This document shows positions 1 to 12,814 of a stretch of DNA of 64,000 bases, piece after piece; position 1 is the stretch's first letter, and each line of letters starts with the position of its first letter. The position numbers and the translations under genes are program-made. The notes beneath the pieces were generated by a model. It had not been told where the DNA came from and ran no database searches. It worked only from the letters and a program-made list of their open reading frames with translations. The DNA is from Utricularia gibba (taxonomy: Eukaryota > Plantae > Magnoliophyta): the NCBI GenBank assembly GCA_002189035.1, contig NEEC01000011.1:496001-560000 (forward strand), read 5' to 3'.

Positions 1-149
1 AAGTCAAAGTCTGACCTCATGCATCACTCCATGACTACCTTTTGACTACCCTAAAGACATGTCTCCCACCCACAATTGTTCCAAGTCACGTACAAGAAAC
101 GAAAAGTCAAAGTCTGACCTCATGCATCACTCCATGACTACCTTTTGAC
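1..149. repeat. 46-bp exact direct repeat (1-46 and 104-149)
   Basis: AAGTCAAAGTCTGACCTCATGCATCACTCCATGACTACCTTTTGAC occurs twice, 103 bp apart, inside the LTR-like segment. Confidence 0.9.
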
Positions 150-947
150 ATGTCTCGGTCAAAGTGTGATAAAAAAGATAGAAAATATATATAAAATAGG
201 AAAATAAGAATTTTCTAATAAAATATAATTACTTATCAATATAATTCCTAATTGAGCGACTTAACACTAGATTAATACATAATAATACCTAATAATAAAC
301 TAGAAAATGACACTTAACACGCCATCTGCTGCTTCATTTCTCATACCTCCTGCCATGTGTTCACCTCTAGAAAAACTTAAATAAAACTATACAAAAATAT
401 TAGGTAAAATACAAGATTTAGGAAAATTATAATAAACTAGATAAAAACCTAAATCTTATATTATAAACTCCAAACTTAATAGTTTGTTATATTTAGACAT
501 AAAAACAACCTAAAACATAGTAAGTGCCTCCCACTACCCCTCGTGTGTGTGTTCTGAAAATTTTGGTCGCCCCTCCTTTGCAATTCTCTCTCCTCATCCT
601 CTTTCTCTCGCCTACCACTGCCCAAGGCAAGTACATTCTTTGACAAATCTGTTGCTCCTGGCCCTAACTTGTAGATTGCCGCCGTGACAGTGTACTCATT
701 GCCCCCTGTAGCCTGGTGAGTTGCACGAAATCCTAATTTCTTCCTTGACTTTTGGGTTGATGCTAGACTCCAAAATCGGGCTAGACATGGGGTGGGCTAA
801 ACCAAAAGGATTTAGCCCACTAATACACCAAAAATCACATTTTCCCTAATCAAATAAAAATACTTAAAACTATTAAATTAATAACTAAACATAATTAAAA
901 AATTATGATTTTCATATCATAAAAGTAGGAAAATTTGTGTGCTATCA
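1..947 (-). mobile_element. Athila-like Gypsy LTR fragment (family A), 5' portion
   Basis: On the minus strand it begins TGATAGCACAC at 947. The reverse complement of about 540-947 aligns (roughly 70-75% by eye) with 8879-9295, the start of another LTR. Confidence 0.6.
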
Positions 948-1200
948 TGAATATTTATTGAAATTTTATTTTCAAACATAGACTCAAAAAAACTGAAAAC
1001 AAAAGACAAGTGGATTTTTAAAAATAATACAAAAAGTGGCTTTGGATCTAAGATTCAACTTAATTAAAACTTGTCCATAATTGTGTGTATAAACCTTGAG
1101 AACTGACTTATTTGCGCAAGTTATGGAAGTATCATTCTAAAATAGTGCTACTCGGTGACCATTATAGTATCGTTACTTGTTCAGTGAGATTATAGAAACA
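948..1200 (-). mobile_element. Athila-like LTR fragment (family B)
   Basis: The reverse complement matches 19420-19620 and 60200-60400 (shared ATTCTAAAATAGTGCTACTCGGTGA and AAAAGTGGCTT motifs). Confidence 0.7.
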
Positions 1201-2587
1201 ACAAGTTAATTAGTATTTTACATGCGTCAGAATTTTTTATTTGTAATTTATTTGAATTTTTTTTGTAAATTACCTTACTTATTTTCAAAATGCTTAGATT
1301 TTAGGGCTGAATTTGGTAAATACATGTGTTAGAGGAGAGAGGTTGACAAAATACCATAACTTTCTGTTTTATTGGTGTTTTACATGGATTTAAAATTTTC
1401 ATTTGTAATCTACTAGACCTTTTTGTTCTAATTTGTAAATCACTTACTTTTTTATTTTTCTTTGTAAAAAGACTTAGATCTATAAATTTCTTTGTACAAT
1501 AATGCGAAAATAAGTTTAATACTACAAAAATATATTTTGTTTTATGAAATTCCAACATTTTTTTATATTTACATAATACCCTAATTTTCATTTTTCTTTT
1601 ATAAAATACCATATTTTAATAAATTCTAATTATTCTTTAAATTCCAATTATTATATAATAATAATAACCTAATTTAAATTAATATTGAATTCATAATTTA
1701 ATAGAATTATAAAATATCTATTAATTCACTTTTTTAAAAAAATTATTGGATTGCCTGTCTAGTTTAACAACCAGCACCCAAAGCTGGGCGCTGCGCACAT
1801 GATTACTCCCCCAGCTGGGTGTTGTGTGCATAGTAAGTGCCGCCCACCTGGGCGCTGCATCCGTGGCATGATATTTGATACGGAGCTTTTGAAGTGTATG
1901 GTGATTATTGGATAGACCATGTAATAATCTAATTATTTAAATAAAAAATAAAATGATAATAATAAATGAAAAGTACCTTATTTATTTTTCACCAACTATT
2001 CTTCTTCTTTTACTCCTCTTCTACTCTTCTATTCTTCTCTTCTCATTACACTAACAATTTTCATTTTCTAACCGTTGATACCAGTATAAGTTCCAACAAA
2101 ATCAAGGTATATAAATTCTTTTTTCCTTTTTTTATAGTTTTACTACATAGAAAGACATCTTTTAGTGTTTTGATGATCACTAAATTATGTAATTATGATT
2201 AATTAGCATAGATATTTTTTTGATCTTATTGATTTGAAAAATTAATGATTGATTGTTTTGTTCAACCTTTTTTCTTGTTTTATATTTTTAGAAATTGTTT
2301 TTAAATTTTTTTGAATTTTTTAAATTACTCTATTTTTATCAATAAAAAAGTGTTCAATTTTTTATATATGTAAATCACTATAAATATTTTTTCCATTTGA
2401 TTTATTTTTTAAAATAACTATAAATGGTTTGAATAATTTATATTTGATTTATTTGAATTCTTAAAGATTTTTTCAAAAAAAAACTTTTCAATTTCTAATT
2501 ATTAATTTTTTTATTATTATATGTTTTTTAATATTTTGAAAATCAATGTGACAGATGAGTATTGGAGACAAGATCAGATAAATATAT

Positions 2588-4340
2588 ATGATGTCAACGA
2601 ATTTTGTTATTGCAAATAAGGAAGGTAATGAAAAAATGTCAGATGAGCCATCACGTAGTGGTTGCTCCCGTGCTTTTACAGTTAGCACAGAGCATTTTAG
2701 ATATGGGTTGAGATTACCAATTCAATCGTTCATCGAGTCTTTGCTTTGTTCGGTGCAAGTTCCTTTATTTCATTTGACATCGGCTTCCATTGGTAATATC
2801 ATTTCATTTATGAAGTTGTGCGAGAATGAAGGATTCCCACTTAGTGTAGTGCATTTTTTAGTATTACAAAGTGTTCAAGAGTTGCTCATTCAAATCATTT
2901 TACAATATGATCAAAGGCAAGAATCAAGATTGTAAGAGGTTTGAGAGATTCTCATGGAGAATGGTGGACTAGTTTCGTATGAATCATTCCACCAGAAGAC
3001 ATGAGGATTAGGATACCTAGACAGCTTTTGACCACATCAAATATTGGAAAACCATCTGGTAAGAATTTTTTTTACATATTTTGTCATTTCATGTTTTCAT
3101 TAAACTTTTGTATTCTTGTTATTGTATCCTAAGGTATCCAACTCTTGGATAAATATGATAAAGAATGTCTAAAAGCATTGATAGTGGGAAAGGACATGTG
3201 ATGGATGGATGTCAAACCATCAACTGTAACTAAGAAAGGTTCATTCCATATATGGTGTGGCACTTCTCGGAAGACTATGCAGACTGAATCTCAATAGCAA
3301 CCTGTTGAAGAAGAGAATTTGGCATATTATAGAGTGTATTATGAGAACAATGTAGGTTTGTCTACTTCACAACAAATGGAGGAGAATGATATTGCTCAGA
3401 TGCGTTTACAGTTTCTAGCAACCAAGGATGAAATTGAGGAGCTGAGGGAAACTATATATCAATATGAATCAAGATTTCCAATATTTATTACGGAGGATGA
3501 CAACTTGAGACCTAAGAAATTAATCATCTTAGATAGTAACAGTTTGCTAGCAGATGTTGTGTACATGGATAAGACGAGCAATGGGAAGGCCTGACTTCAT
3601 TGTTGAACGGCAAGTAGATAAATAGTATAATACATTTTATTATCCTAATAATTTATACTAATGATGTTCATTTTCGTGCCGTAGTTTACATAAGACCAGA
3701 CTGTATCGATTTCTTGGATTGGTGCATGAAAATGTTCGACATTGCATTTTGGTCCTCGTGTCGAGAGTAAGTTTCACAAGTACTCCTACTTTCACTTTTC
3801 ATTGCATTAAAGCATTTATAACTTTGATTGTTTTGCAATGATCTGGTGCGTAAAATAGTTCACTACATTCTGTCAAGTTGCAGTCATAAAGCACTTGTAT
3901 TTTGTTGGGGGTATAAGTCAATGCACCGACACTGGAAGATGTATTGATGGGAGCTTCAGCACCATTAAGTTTAAAGACCTACGTCAGATTTGGAATAATG
4001 CTAAAGCGTTTAGAAATCATTACAATCTAAGTAACACATTATTGATTGATGATTCACTAGAGAAATCGCTTCTAAATCCGATAATGAACTTATCATTTTC
4101 TTTCAATATTGTAGAATTTACTTGTGTTGAGTATTGTTACTATATTCACACGTAAATAATGCAATATTTCCTTTTCTTACAAGGTGACTCAAAGGGATGA
4201 CAATGCATTATAGAGCAATGGATACATGCGATTGTTTTTTGAAGGATTATATGAAACAGACGATGTGCCTAACTATATGAAAATGTTTCGATATGGTCCA
4301 TCACCAATTGAAGAAAGTCATGAGCATTGGGAAATTTAAA
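2588..4340 (+). pseudogene. Decayed chimeric gene: gypsy-type Transposase_28-like N-terminus + coiled coil + FCP1/NIF-like HAD phosphatase domain
   Basis: FRYGLRLPIQSFIESLL...HLTSASIGNIISFMKLCENEGFP resembles the F-x-x-GLRLP...QL.PN...F...C motif of Transposase_28. Downstream are KKLIILDSNSLLAD (~3514), RPDCIDFLDWCMKMFDIAFWSS (~3695), SQCTDTG..FKDLRQIW..SNTLLIDDSLEKSLLNP (3895-4080) and NAIFPFSY..DDNAL..YGPSPIEESHEHW, the motif order of plant NIF-family proteins. It contains GT-AG introns (e.g. ~3059-3133), stops and frameshifts. Confidence 0.75.
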
Positions 4341-4479
4341 AATATTATAAAAAATCAATATATACAGTATGCTTTATTCGAAAAATTTTATTATGGAATC
4401 TGTTATCATGTTGGGAATAAAATTTTTACAAAAAAATACATATTAATTAAAAGAATGTTAGCATGTAATACTTAAAAAT

Positions 4480-5590
4480 AATATACAAGTAATACAATAA
4501 TTTTATCATATTTTTGATTATATAAGAATACAATGATTATAATCATCAAATATTATATTGTTTGTAAATATGTATAAATTTTTTAAAAAATTACATTTAG
4601 TGATCTTAATTCCTACATACTTATTATCATTTATAATTCTTTATTTATTTATCTTTAATACTATTTTAAAATTCAAAATATATTATTTATATTAACTACA
4701 AAATAAAACATAGCGAGATAAAGAAATATAAATCCATAAAATTTATATGAACAAGAATAAGAATATAATGATTATAATTATCAAATCTTATATTATTTTT
4801 AATATGTAGAAATTTAAAATTATTATATTTAGTAATTTTATTTCTTACCTAATTATTATCTAATATAATCCTTTATTTATTTATTTTTAATGCTAATTTT
4901 AAACATTATAGTAGTTGTACAAATTTTTATTAAATTTTTTGTTTGATAAGATAAATTTATATAAATATTTATTATCTCGAAAAAAGGACAAGTTTATTCT
5001 ATTAATCTTTATTCATCATCTTAATTTGTATACAAATATTCTTGGTTTATATTTAGATTTTTACATTTCAATTTTTATAAAAAACATTTTCAAAATGTAT
5101 TATTTATATTAACTATAAAATAAAACATAGATATATAAATAAATATAAATCCATAAAATTTATATGAACAAGAATAAGAATAAGAATATAATAATTATAA
5201 TTATCAAATAATATATTATTTGCAATATGTAGAAATTTTAAAAAATTATATTTAATAATTTTATTTCTTACCTAATTATTATCTTATATAATCCTTTATT
5301 TATTTATCTTTAACATTGTTTGTAAACTTTATAGTATTTGTACAAATTTTTATTAAATTTTTATTTGATAATAGAAATTTATATAAATATTTATTATCTC
5401 GAAAAAAGGACAGGTTTATTCTATTAATCTTTATTTATTAAGAATTATACAAATATTCTTGGTTTATGTTTAGATTTTTACGTTTACGCTTTTTATAAAA
5501 ACAATTTTCAAAATGTATTATTTATATTAACTATATAATAAAACGTAAAAATATGAATCCATAAAATTTATATGAACAAGAATAGGAATA
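4480..5590. repeat. AT-rich tandem repeat, ~410-420-bp unit, ~2.5 copies
   Basis: AATCCATAAAATT(T)TATATGAACAAGAAT recurs at ~4731, ~5148 and ~5556, with flanking blocks also repeated. Confidence 0.85.
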
Positions 5591-6457
5591 TGACAACATA
5601 ATTCATGATTCTATAATTTATTTATGTTTTCCTAGCTTAAATGTATGTTTTACGATTTCAAAAAGGGAAGCATGATGTAATCGCGTTGCTTGATTATGAA
5701 CCATAGTCTTTTCAGAGAATGGCACTTGAGTTGAGTAGAAAAGGGACAACGATAGTAGACCATCCGAAGTAGTTGCCCTTGGCTCTGTGGGTTATTCTCT
5801 CTCGAATGATGAATGTATGTAAGTTGGATTAGCAGGCGAGAGTACATTGGTTGGAAGGATATTGTCTTTCGTGACATATGTGTCTTCTTTGTAAATTTCT
5901 GTAACTTTTGACTTTCACCTTCCTCTTTGCTGAAAATCTACCGATCCTCTAAACCTGGTTGTTTGCTCACGACCCAAATTTGTTCTTTTCTTGATGGGTC
6001 AAGAACCAGCTTGAATGTTGATTCTGCCAATTGACTCTCATCATGTACAGGGCGAACTTCACATTTGTATGTATTCATTAAGTTTGATGTCAGGTAATAC
6101 TCACTTGTTTTCAGTATAGGATTTAAACGGAATTGATGACAACCCTGTGGAATAAAATATTAATTAGATTGATGATTCCTAAATAATAGTACTAAATAAT
6201 TTTACAGAGCTTACCATTTGCGGATGAGAACAAAGATATTTGCCTATTTGCCATATACCACAGTCACAAGTTTGATCTCGAACATTGACTCTTTATATTC
6301 GCGTGGAATGTTGTCCCCAAGATTGCGTCTAACATGTTTGCCTATTCACATCATATGATATGCATTTAAGTAGTGTTAACTAATTCGACACTTCATGATA
6401 TTTCACATGGATTTTGTGTCCCAAGGGAATCCCTTTTTTCTGCCGTAATAGTGACTC

Positions 6458-7626
6458 TAATAAACGAAAAATTATGCAATGTTGTTAACGTAAATCTTCC
6501 TATCAAATAAATTTATAACTTAATACACGTTCAAGTATAAAACAATTATGAGCATAGTGATTAGGGTCGAACACGAAGAGCAAGTGCTTGCTATGTGAAA
6601 ATTAATGCATGAAACTAGTGTCACGTTGGTAAAATTGGTCTTAGCTAGGACTAAAGCAGAACTAAAACGAAATACAGTAAAAAAAAGTAATCAGTTCTGA
6701 AGCTCGGTTGTTTCTAGAATGGAATGGGTGATGCCTTGGGAGTCCTAGGGGATGTATGCTCATCATTAAACAAGCTCATACAAATCACAAATCATATAAC
6801 TAACTCACAAGGTCTAGGTCTACCCGGACTCTTGTTTTTCCCCCTAATCTTTGGTCTACCTCTAATTAGGGTTGTTAAGTTGGGTTTCACTACTTCCCCC
6901 TCTTGGATCTATCCAGGTTTGTTAAGGAAGTGGCGTGACTTATGGTTGTTTAGATCTAAAGATTGATTAACATGTTTCTCCCCTTTTTACCCCAATACAC
7001 CCCTAAGTACTTAGCCACTCATACTTGAGACAAACGAAAATAGAAAAAAAAACATCATCCACAATACATTCATGTCTCAATCGACTACTAGAAGATAAAC
7101 AAGTAGGAAACTGAAATGTTCGACAGAAAGCTAGAAAACGTCGCCAGCTAATCTTAGCTAGGAGTAATAATCTTTGGAAAACAGAAAATAATCTTCAAGC
7201 ATCAGTTTAGTTCCTGTTCGTGTTCCTCCTTCTTCCTCCCCAAAAAACCCTCTCCAGAAAGTTGTTCGTGAGTCTCCAAGGGGAGATTTGCCTTCTCTCT
7301 CATCTTTCGTTCCTTTTTGTCCAAAATCTCCCTTTTTCCTTTTTGGATTTTGTGTGTACCACTTTTCAGACTTTTGGACTCATCTTCTACCACTACACTG
7401 TGCATATTAGGCTCATTGGGATTCGTGTTGCGACCTGCACTACATTGCTCGAATAAAACTATTATAAGGTTGAGAGTAAATCATAGATTTAGTCCCAACA
7501 AAGACTTAAATAACACAATTGCGGTACTTATGCGCAAAAATATAAAAGTAAATAGTAAAACTAAATTTTTGTAGCACAATATTAATCTTTTCCATGCACT
7601 CAATCACTTAAAAATATGTGTTATCA
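6458..7626 (-). mobile_element. Athila-like LTR (family A), with ~400 bp of 3' internal sequence extending to ~8050
   Basis: On the minus strand it starts TGATAACACAT and ends ..TTTATTA (mutated TCA). It is collinear with 22353-23519 over its whole length. The adjacent CTTGAGGACAAG motif (minus strand, ~7650) is typical of Athila 3' internal ends. No TSD found. Confidence 0.75.
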
Positions 7627-8878
7627 CATTATGCTACAACGACACTAGACTTGTCCTCAAGTCCTAACTAAGACTAACAGGAGTTAGATTCAGAATGCAG
7701 GAATTGAAAGGGTGCCAGTGTGCAAGACGGGTAATCACTCAAGCATACAGGTGAGTTTCATCAAAATAAGTGCCTTCAAAGATTAAATAAGCTAACATGA
7801 CATAGTTAGACTTTCAATGGGATACTAGTGGTCTCTTTTCATTTCTTCCTCTCTTTACTTTTTTTTCATTTTGTACAGAGATCAAGAGTAGGGAAATTTC
7901 CAAGCTTAACTCAGGCAATTTGGAGGTCACCTACAAAGTTGTGGTAACATTAAAAATTATTCAATAATGAAACTCAATTGCAACTCATCTAACCTTTGCA
8001 AGTGCAGTTGGAGGTAAACATCTTGCTGATCATTAAATGTTATTCATACATTTAACATGATTTGTAGTCATGAGCATGTGCCTATATTTTAAGAAAACAT
8101 GTTAGCTAAAGTAAGTAAAATTAACAAAAAAACTGTTTATTGAAGTCCACCATCATAAAGCAATGTCCACTCCTTTTTGGATATTTTTTCTAAATGGTGA
8201 TAGGACTCAATCGAATGTCTTGCTATCTTGCTTATGGCCATACTAAAATCAGTGTTCTAGCAAAGGAAGCTCTTTTGATTCATTGTCCCAAACCTTTTGA
8301 TTTCGAATGAACATGCGACATATAATTTTTTCTTATATGGAAGTTGTACCATTGATGTATGGCATAGGGAGAGCTAAAACGCTTGTAATTGTCATAAGCA
8401 CCAATAATCCCAGAGGCACGATCAGAGATAATATATATATCTTTCTTTTGACGAATAACATGATTGACAAGATTTTGGGAGAAAACTTCCCAATGCTCAG
8501 TTGATTCTCCATATGTCAATGCATAGGCGTTTGGGAAGACACAATTGCTAGCATCAACAGCAATGCAAACCAAAAACTTGTAGTTGTATCGTCTGTACAA
8601 CTGAGTGGCGTCAACACAAAGCATAGGTCGACAATATCGAAATCCTTCAATAGAAAACCCAAAAGCCAGAACACATTTCGCAACACCTTCCCATCTAGAT
8701 CACCACCATGATGTCATATCACAGTTGTGCCTGGGTTTTGAATAAGATCTCTTAGATATCGTGGTAGCTCAGTAGTAGAATTTTCCCATATTCCATAGAG
8801 AATCTCAAAGGCTCTAGTTATACAAGCCGATGCCTGCTAATAGGATATCTCATAATGCCATTACTGCTTTACATAGGG

Positions 8879-10308
8879 TTATAGAAACTTAACATTTATA
8901 TATAATTTTCATGTTTTTAGGATATGAAAATCATGAGTTTTTAATCATGTTTAGTTGTTTATTTTACAGTTTTAAGTATTTTTATATATAATTTTGAAAA
9001 ATGTGATTTTTGGTGTGTTATTGGGCTAAATCCTTTGATTTAGCCCACCCATGCTCTAACCCAATTTTGAGCCCAACAGCTACCCGAAAATCATGGATGG
9101 AAAAGTCAAGAATTTCATGTAAGTTACTGTGCAGCAGGAGGCAATGAATACATTGTCCCGACAGTAGTTTGCAAGTCAAGGGCAGGAGCAGTAGAACTGT
9201 TAGAGAATGTACTTGTCTTGAGCAGTGGGAGGTGAGAGAAAGTGAGAGGAGAGAGAATCATAAGGGGACAACGCGTTTTTCAGAATACACACAGGGGGAT
9301 TTTCCCTCCAACATTCATCAGCCTCCAACGGCGGGGAGAACGACTTCTCCACCAACAACAACACCTCCAACACGAAGAACACCGACCAGAAGAGGAGAAG
9401 GAGAACTTCATCCTCAAGAATAGCATCAGAACCAGTTCAGCGCTATTGTTCCGGTCCAGAAACAGTAGCAGACGGAAACCAGACTTCTTACTGCTTTTTT
9501 TTTGTTTGTTAATGTTTTCAGTTTCTGCAACCAACTTCTACACAATGTTCTTGACATTCTCTCTATTTTATGTTAATGTCATTACTTTTTACCTTCCAAA
9601 TATGAGTAGCTAGAACCTTATGAATGTCTTAAGGTGAAGCATGTTTGTGTGGGTCTAGGATTCTTAGTAAAATTCATCATTGTTTCTTAGTTCTTGTTTC
9701 TATTATTTCATGGGTAGACATAAGGAGGGGAACAAGTAACTTCGCAACTAAGAAGCTTGGTTTAGAGGTAGATCAACAAATCAAGGCGGGCGCAGTAGAT
9801 GTTAGTTCGGGGTAGAAATAGTAGAACCGGGTAGACCTAGTTCTATATACTTTGTATGCAGGTAGACCTAATTGTAAGGTTGGTGATGACATTGGGGACT
9901 AACTTAGCCGAAAATATGACAAATGACCTGGGTAGACTTAGCTTATTTGAAGTTGTGAATGTAGGAACATGGCAATTTAAGTTAGACATTTTAGCACTAC
10001 ACCACTTGCAGATTCTTAAGGCATCTTCGTATTATTCTGAGTTAGAACCAGTTCTTGATACCTTTAACGTTAAGATCTGATATTGTTTATTGATCTGTTT
10101 GCCGAACTTGTTTATCGTCGTTGGTCCGAGCTTAGACTAAGACTTACGGTTATTCTGAATTGTGCACTATAAATTTGTATCAGATCGACCCCGACATCTA
10201 CTATACAAGTTTTCTAAATTTGTATTTTGTGTAGATTAGAGACTATAAATTTATTTGATACCGAAGTTTGCTTTTATTGCAACGATATGCTAAAATTTTC
10301 GTTTATCA
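8879..10308 (+). mobile_element. Athila-like solo LTR (family A-related) inserted in the MuDR ORF
   Basis: Starts TTATAG (TG mutated) and ends GTTTATCA. The 3' end resembles the 3' ends of 6458-7626 and 22353-23519. MuDR coding sequence resumes on both sides. No clear TSD. Confidence 0.7.
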
Positions 10309-12814
10309 CCATCCAAAAGTGCAACCAAACGTGGTACAATAAACTTAATTATAAGGTTAATGTTGGATGTCACAATATCAACTGTGACATCGCATGTATG
10401 TGGTTCTACAAGCTTCAAGATCTTCCAAGTATCAGATCGTGTTTGAAATCCTGAACAGAGATAGAATGGACAATTAGAAGTTTTTTATTTCGTTTGACGA
10501 CAAATGCAAGCATATGTCTTTTTATCACTTGCCACCAAGCGGGTCTCTCGATGTGCTATAGAAGTATTGTAAAGAGCAACTGCATCAATATCATCAGCAT
10601 ACAAGAAGTCCAATCGATCTGGTGATTCAATTTGAGTTTCAAAACACGTTTTTGATGGATGATCAGAAATCACCGAAATTTCATTATTCGCAAAGTCAGA
10701 TTCATTGATATTCGAGGGATCATTATCAACATACATTGCCCCTTGAACTCAAACTCTTCAATAGGGGCCATTGAGGTCTCATAAGTTTGATTTACATGGC
10801 CTCTGTTATCATATATTTCATCTGAAACATATTAATGATCACCTAAAATAAAAGTTTAAAATATGAACTATTATATGGAAAATAGTAATGTTAAAAAATA
10901 GAAATAGATAAGAGAATCTAACCAACACAAGAATGTGAAGATGGGTGCATAATTTCTCATATTTTATTTAAAAAAAATCGAAAGTCAAACAAAACATATC
11001 ATTTCATTTGACTCTAATTTTCAATATGTATAAAATTCTGAAAATGTTGATTTTTATAAAATATTCAAAATATTACTAAAATGGTATGTTCTTGAAAGAA
11101 TTCTAACCATAACGAGACGAAGGCTCCCAATAAGGATCAAATGGTGCATCCAAGACTTGTGTCGGATAACTGCTATTGTTGCAGCCCTCGTTAGTTTGTT
11201 CGTTCAGGTTAAACCTCCAATCTGCAATTGTAGAATTTCATGCCATTTTATATCACAACTTATGACATAAAACCTCAAAATTCAATTCCATACTCCGAAT
11301 TGGTAGGTGATAAAATATAACATAATACGTCATTACTTGAAATCTCCGTAAAATTTGCATTTCCGGATTCCACATCATAGAACTTTGCATTTAAGGCAAA
11401 TTGAAAATGTAAAGGTGATATTTGAAGGGTCTCACCTATAATTTCAATAAGTTTATCCAGAGTAGATGTGTATTTAACTTTGATGATTTTCACAGAGTCT
11501 CTATCATATGCAACGTATCCAGATGCATTTTGAATTAGATTTTCTCCGTTGAACTCTTTGACAAAAACCTTACTCATTATCCTTTAATGAAAGAAGAAAT
11601 TTGAGAAGAGAAATTAATGAAGAAAAATTACTTAAAAGTGAACAAACATTATGCGCAAATGTTTGAATCAAGAATATAAAAATATCAAAAAGTGAAGCAA
11701 ACAAAAATTTAAAAAACAGGACTTCAATCTAAGATCTCTAGAATGATTTAAAAACTTTGAACTACTCCAAAACTTGATGTTCAAGTTCTTTTATAAAAAG
11801 GAAGTATGTTGAGCTTTTTTGATGAATATTGGATTAGATTTAAATCTTTCAAGATTGCTTTCAAATCTTTATCCAAGTCTTGAATATTGGATTCAATTTT
11901 CATTTTTGAACCTCCTCTTGAACCTAACTTTGATTTCTAACAACCTATTCAACTTAGGCTAGATTACCTTTAATTTAGTTCAAATTATTTTTAAAAATCC
12001 AAAAATACATTTTTTTTTCTAAAAGATGAAATTAGTATAAAACATATAAAAAAACTTAAAAACATTAGAATAAATAAACATGAGAGATAAAAAGACTCAA
12101 AAGATTAATCAGAATCTTGAATTATATGTGATAAAAGCTAATTTATCGGATATGCAGAGTTCATTTCACTATCATGCCCAAGAATAAGATATATGCTCAA
12201 AATAAAACTGAGTAGATGAGTACTTTCAATTTATTTCTTACCTACTAATGTTGTGATGAGTTTGTACACTTTTTAATATAAATGGCATAGAAAAACATTT
12301 CGAAAATTTCATGCATGTACATTTTTAGTTCCCAAAGTTCGATGTACATGATATAATTACTCCCCAAAATTTTATATTTTATGTATTTTTAATTCTCCAT
12401 TGTTTAAACATTAAGCACAATTAGTTTCTATTATTCAAAAATTAGACATGATTAATTGGAGAATGATTTTACAAAATGTTTAAATAATTTAGGGATTAAG
12501 GGTTTAGTATATGCAACTTAATCAATAACTTTTACTTAATTGACAAGTAGAAGTTATTGTACAAGTAGATACATAATAAATAGAAGTAGTCTATTTGAAA
12601 TTATTAATAAGTAGAAGTTAGTAATAAGTAGAAGTTAAATTGTAGAAATAGACTTTTTATAAGTAGTAGTAATATCTTAAATTACTTATATGCCCTTAAG
12701 TATGATAATATTTTATTATGCTATATTAATACGTGTTCATTTTAAATAACCTTGAAAAAAAATTATCAAAACATAGTACATAAAATTGAAAAATCGAAAA
12801 ATAAAGGCATTACA

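Larger units (their letters stand above)
5650..11577 (-). mobile_element. Degenerate Mutator/MuDR (mudrA-like) transposase, split by two LTR insertions
   Basis: In collinear order on the minus strand: N-terminal domain (11275-11577), MuDR domain ETRLVASDKKTYACIC (10485-10736), YEISY.QA..RAFEILYG.WENS..ELPRYL (~8760-8878), MULE core VDATQLY..YNYKFLVCIAVDA..FPNAYAL..ESTEHW..IISDRASGI (8280-8624), SWIM finger TCDCGIWQIGKYLCSH (~6215-6300) and a C-terminal VRPVHDE..F.LVLDP segment (~5900-6100). Confidence 0.85.

Noticed and set aside
540-9295. ~400-bp inverted repeat (540-947 vs 8879-9295) that looks like Mutator TIRs around the MuDR region
   Set aside because: Both arms are the 5' parts of Athila-like LTRs in opposite orientation. 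The right arm continues as an LTR to 10308, and mudrA extends beyond it to 11577.
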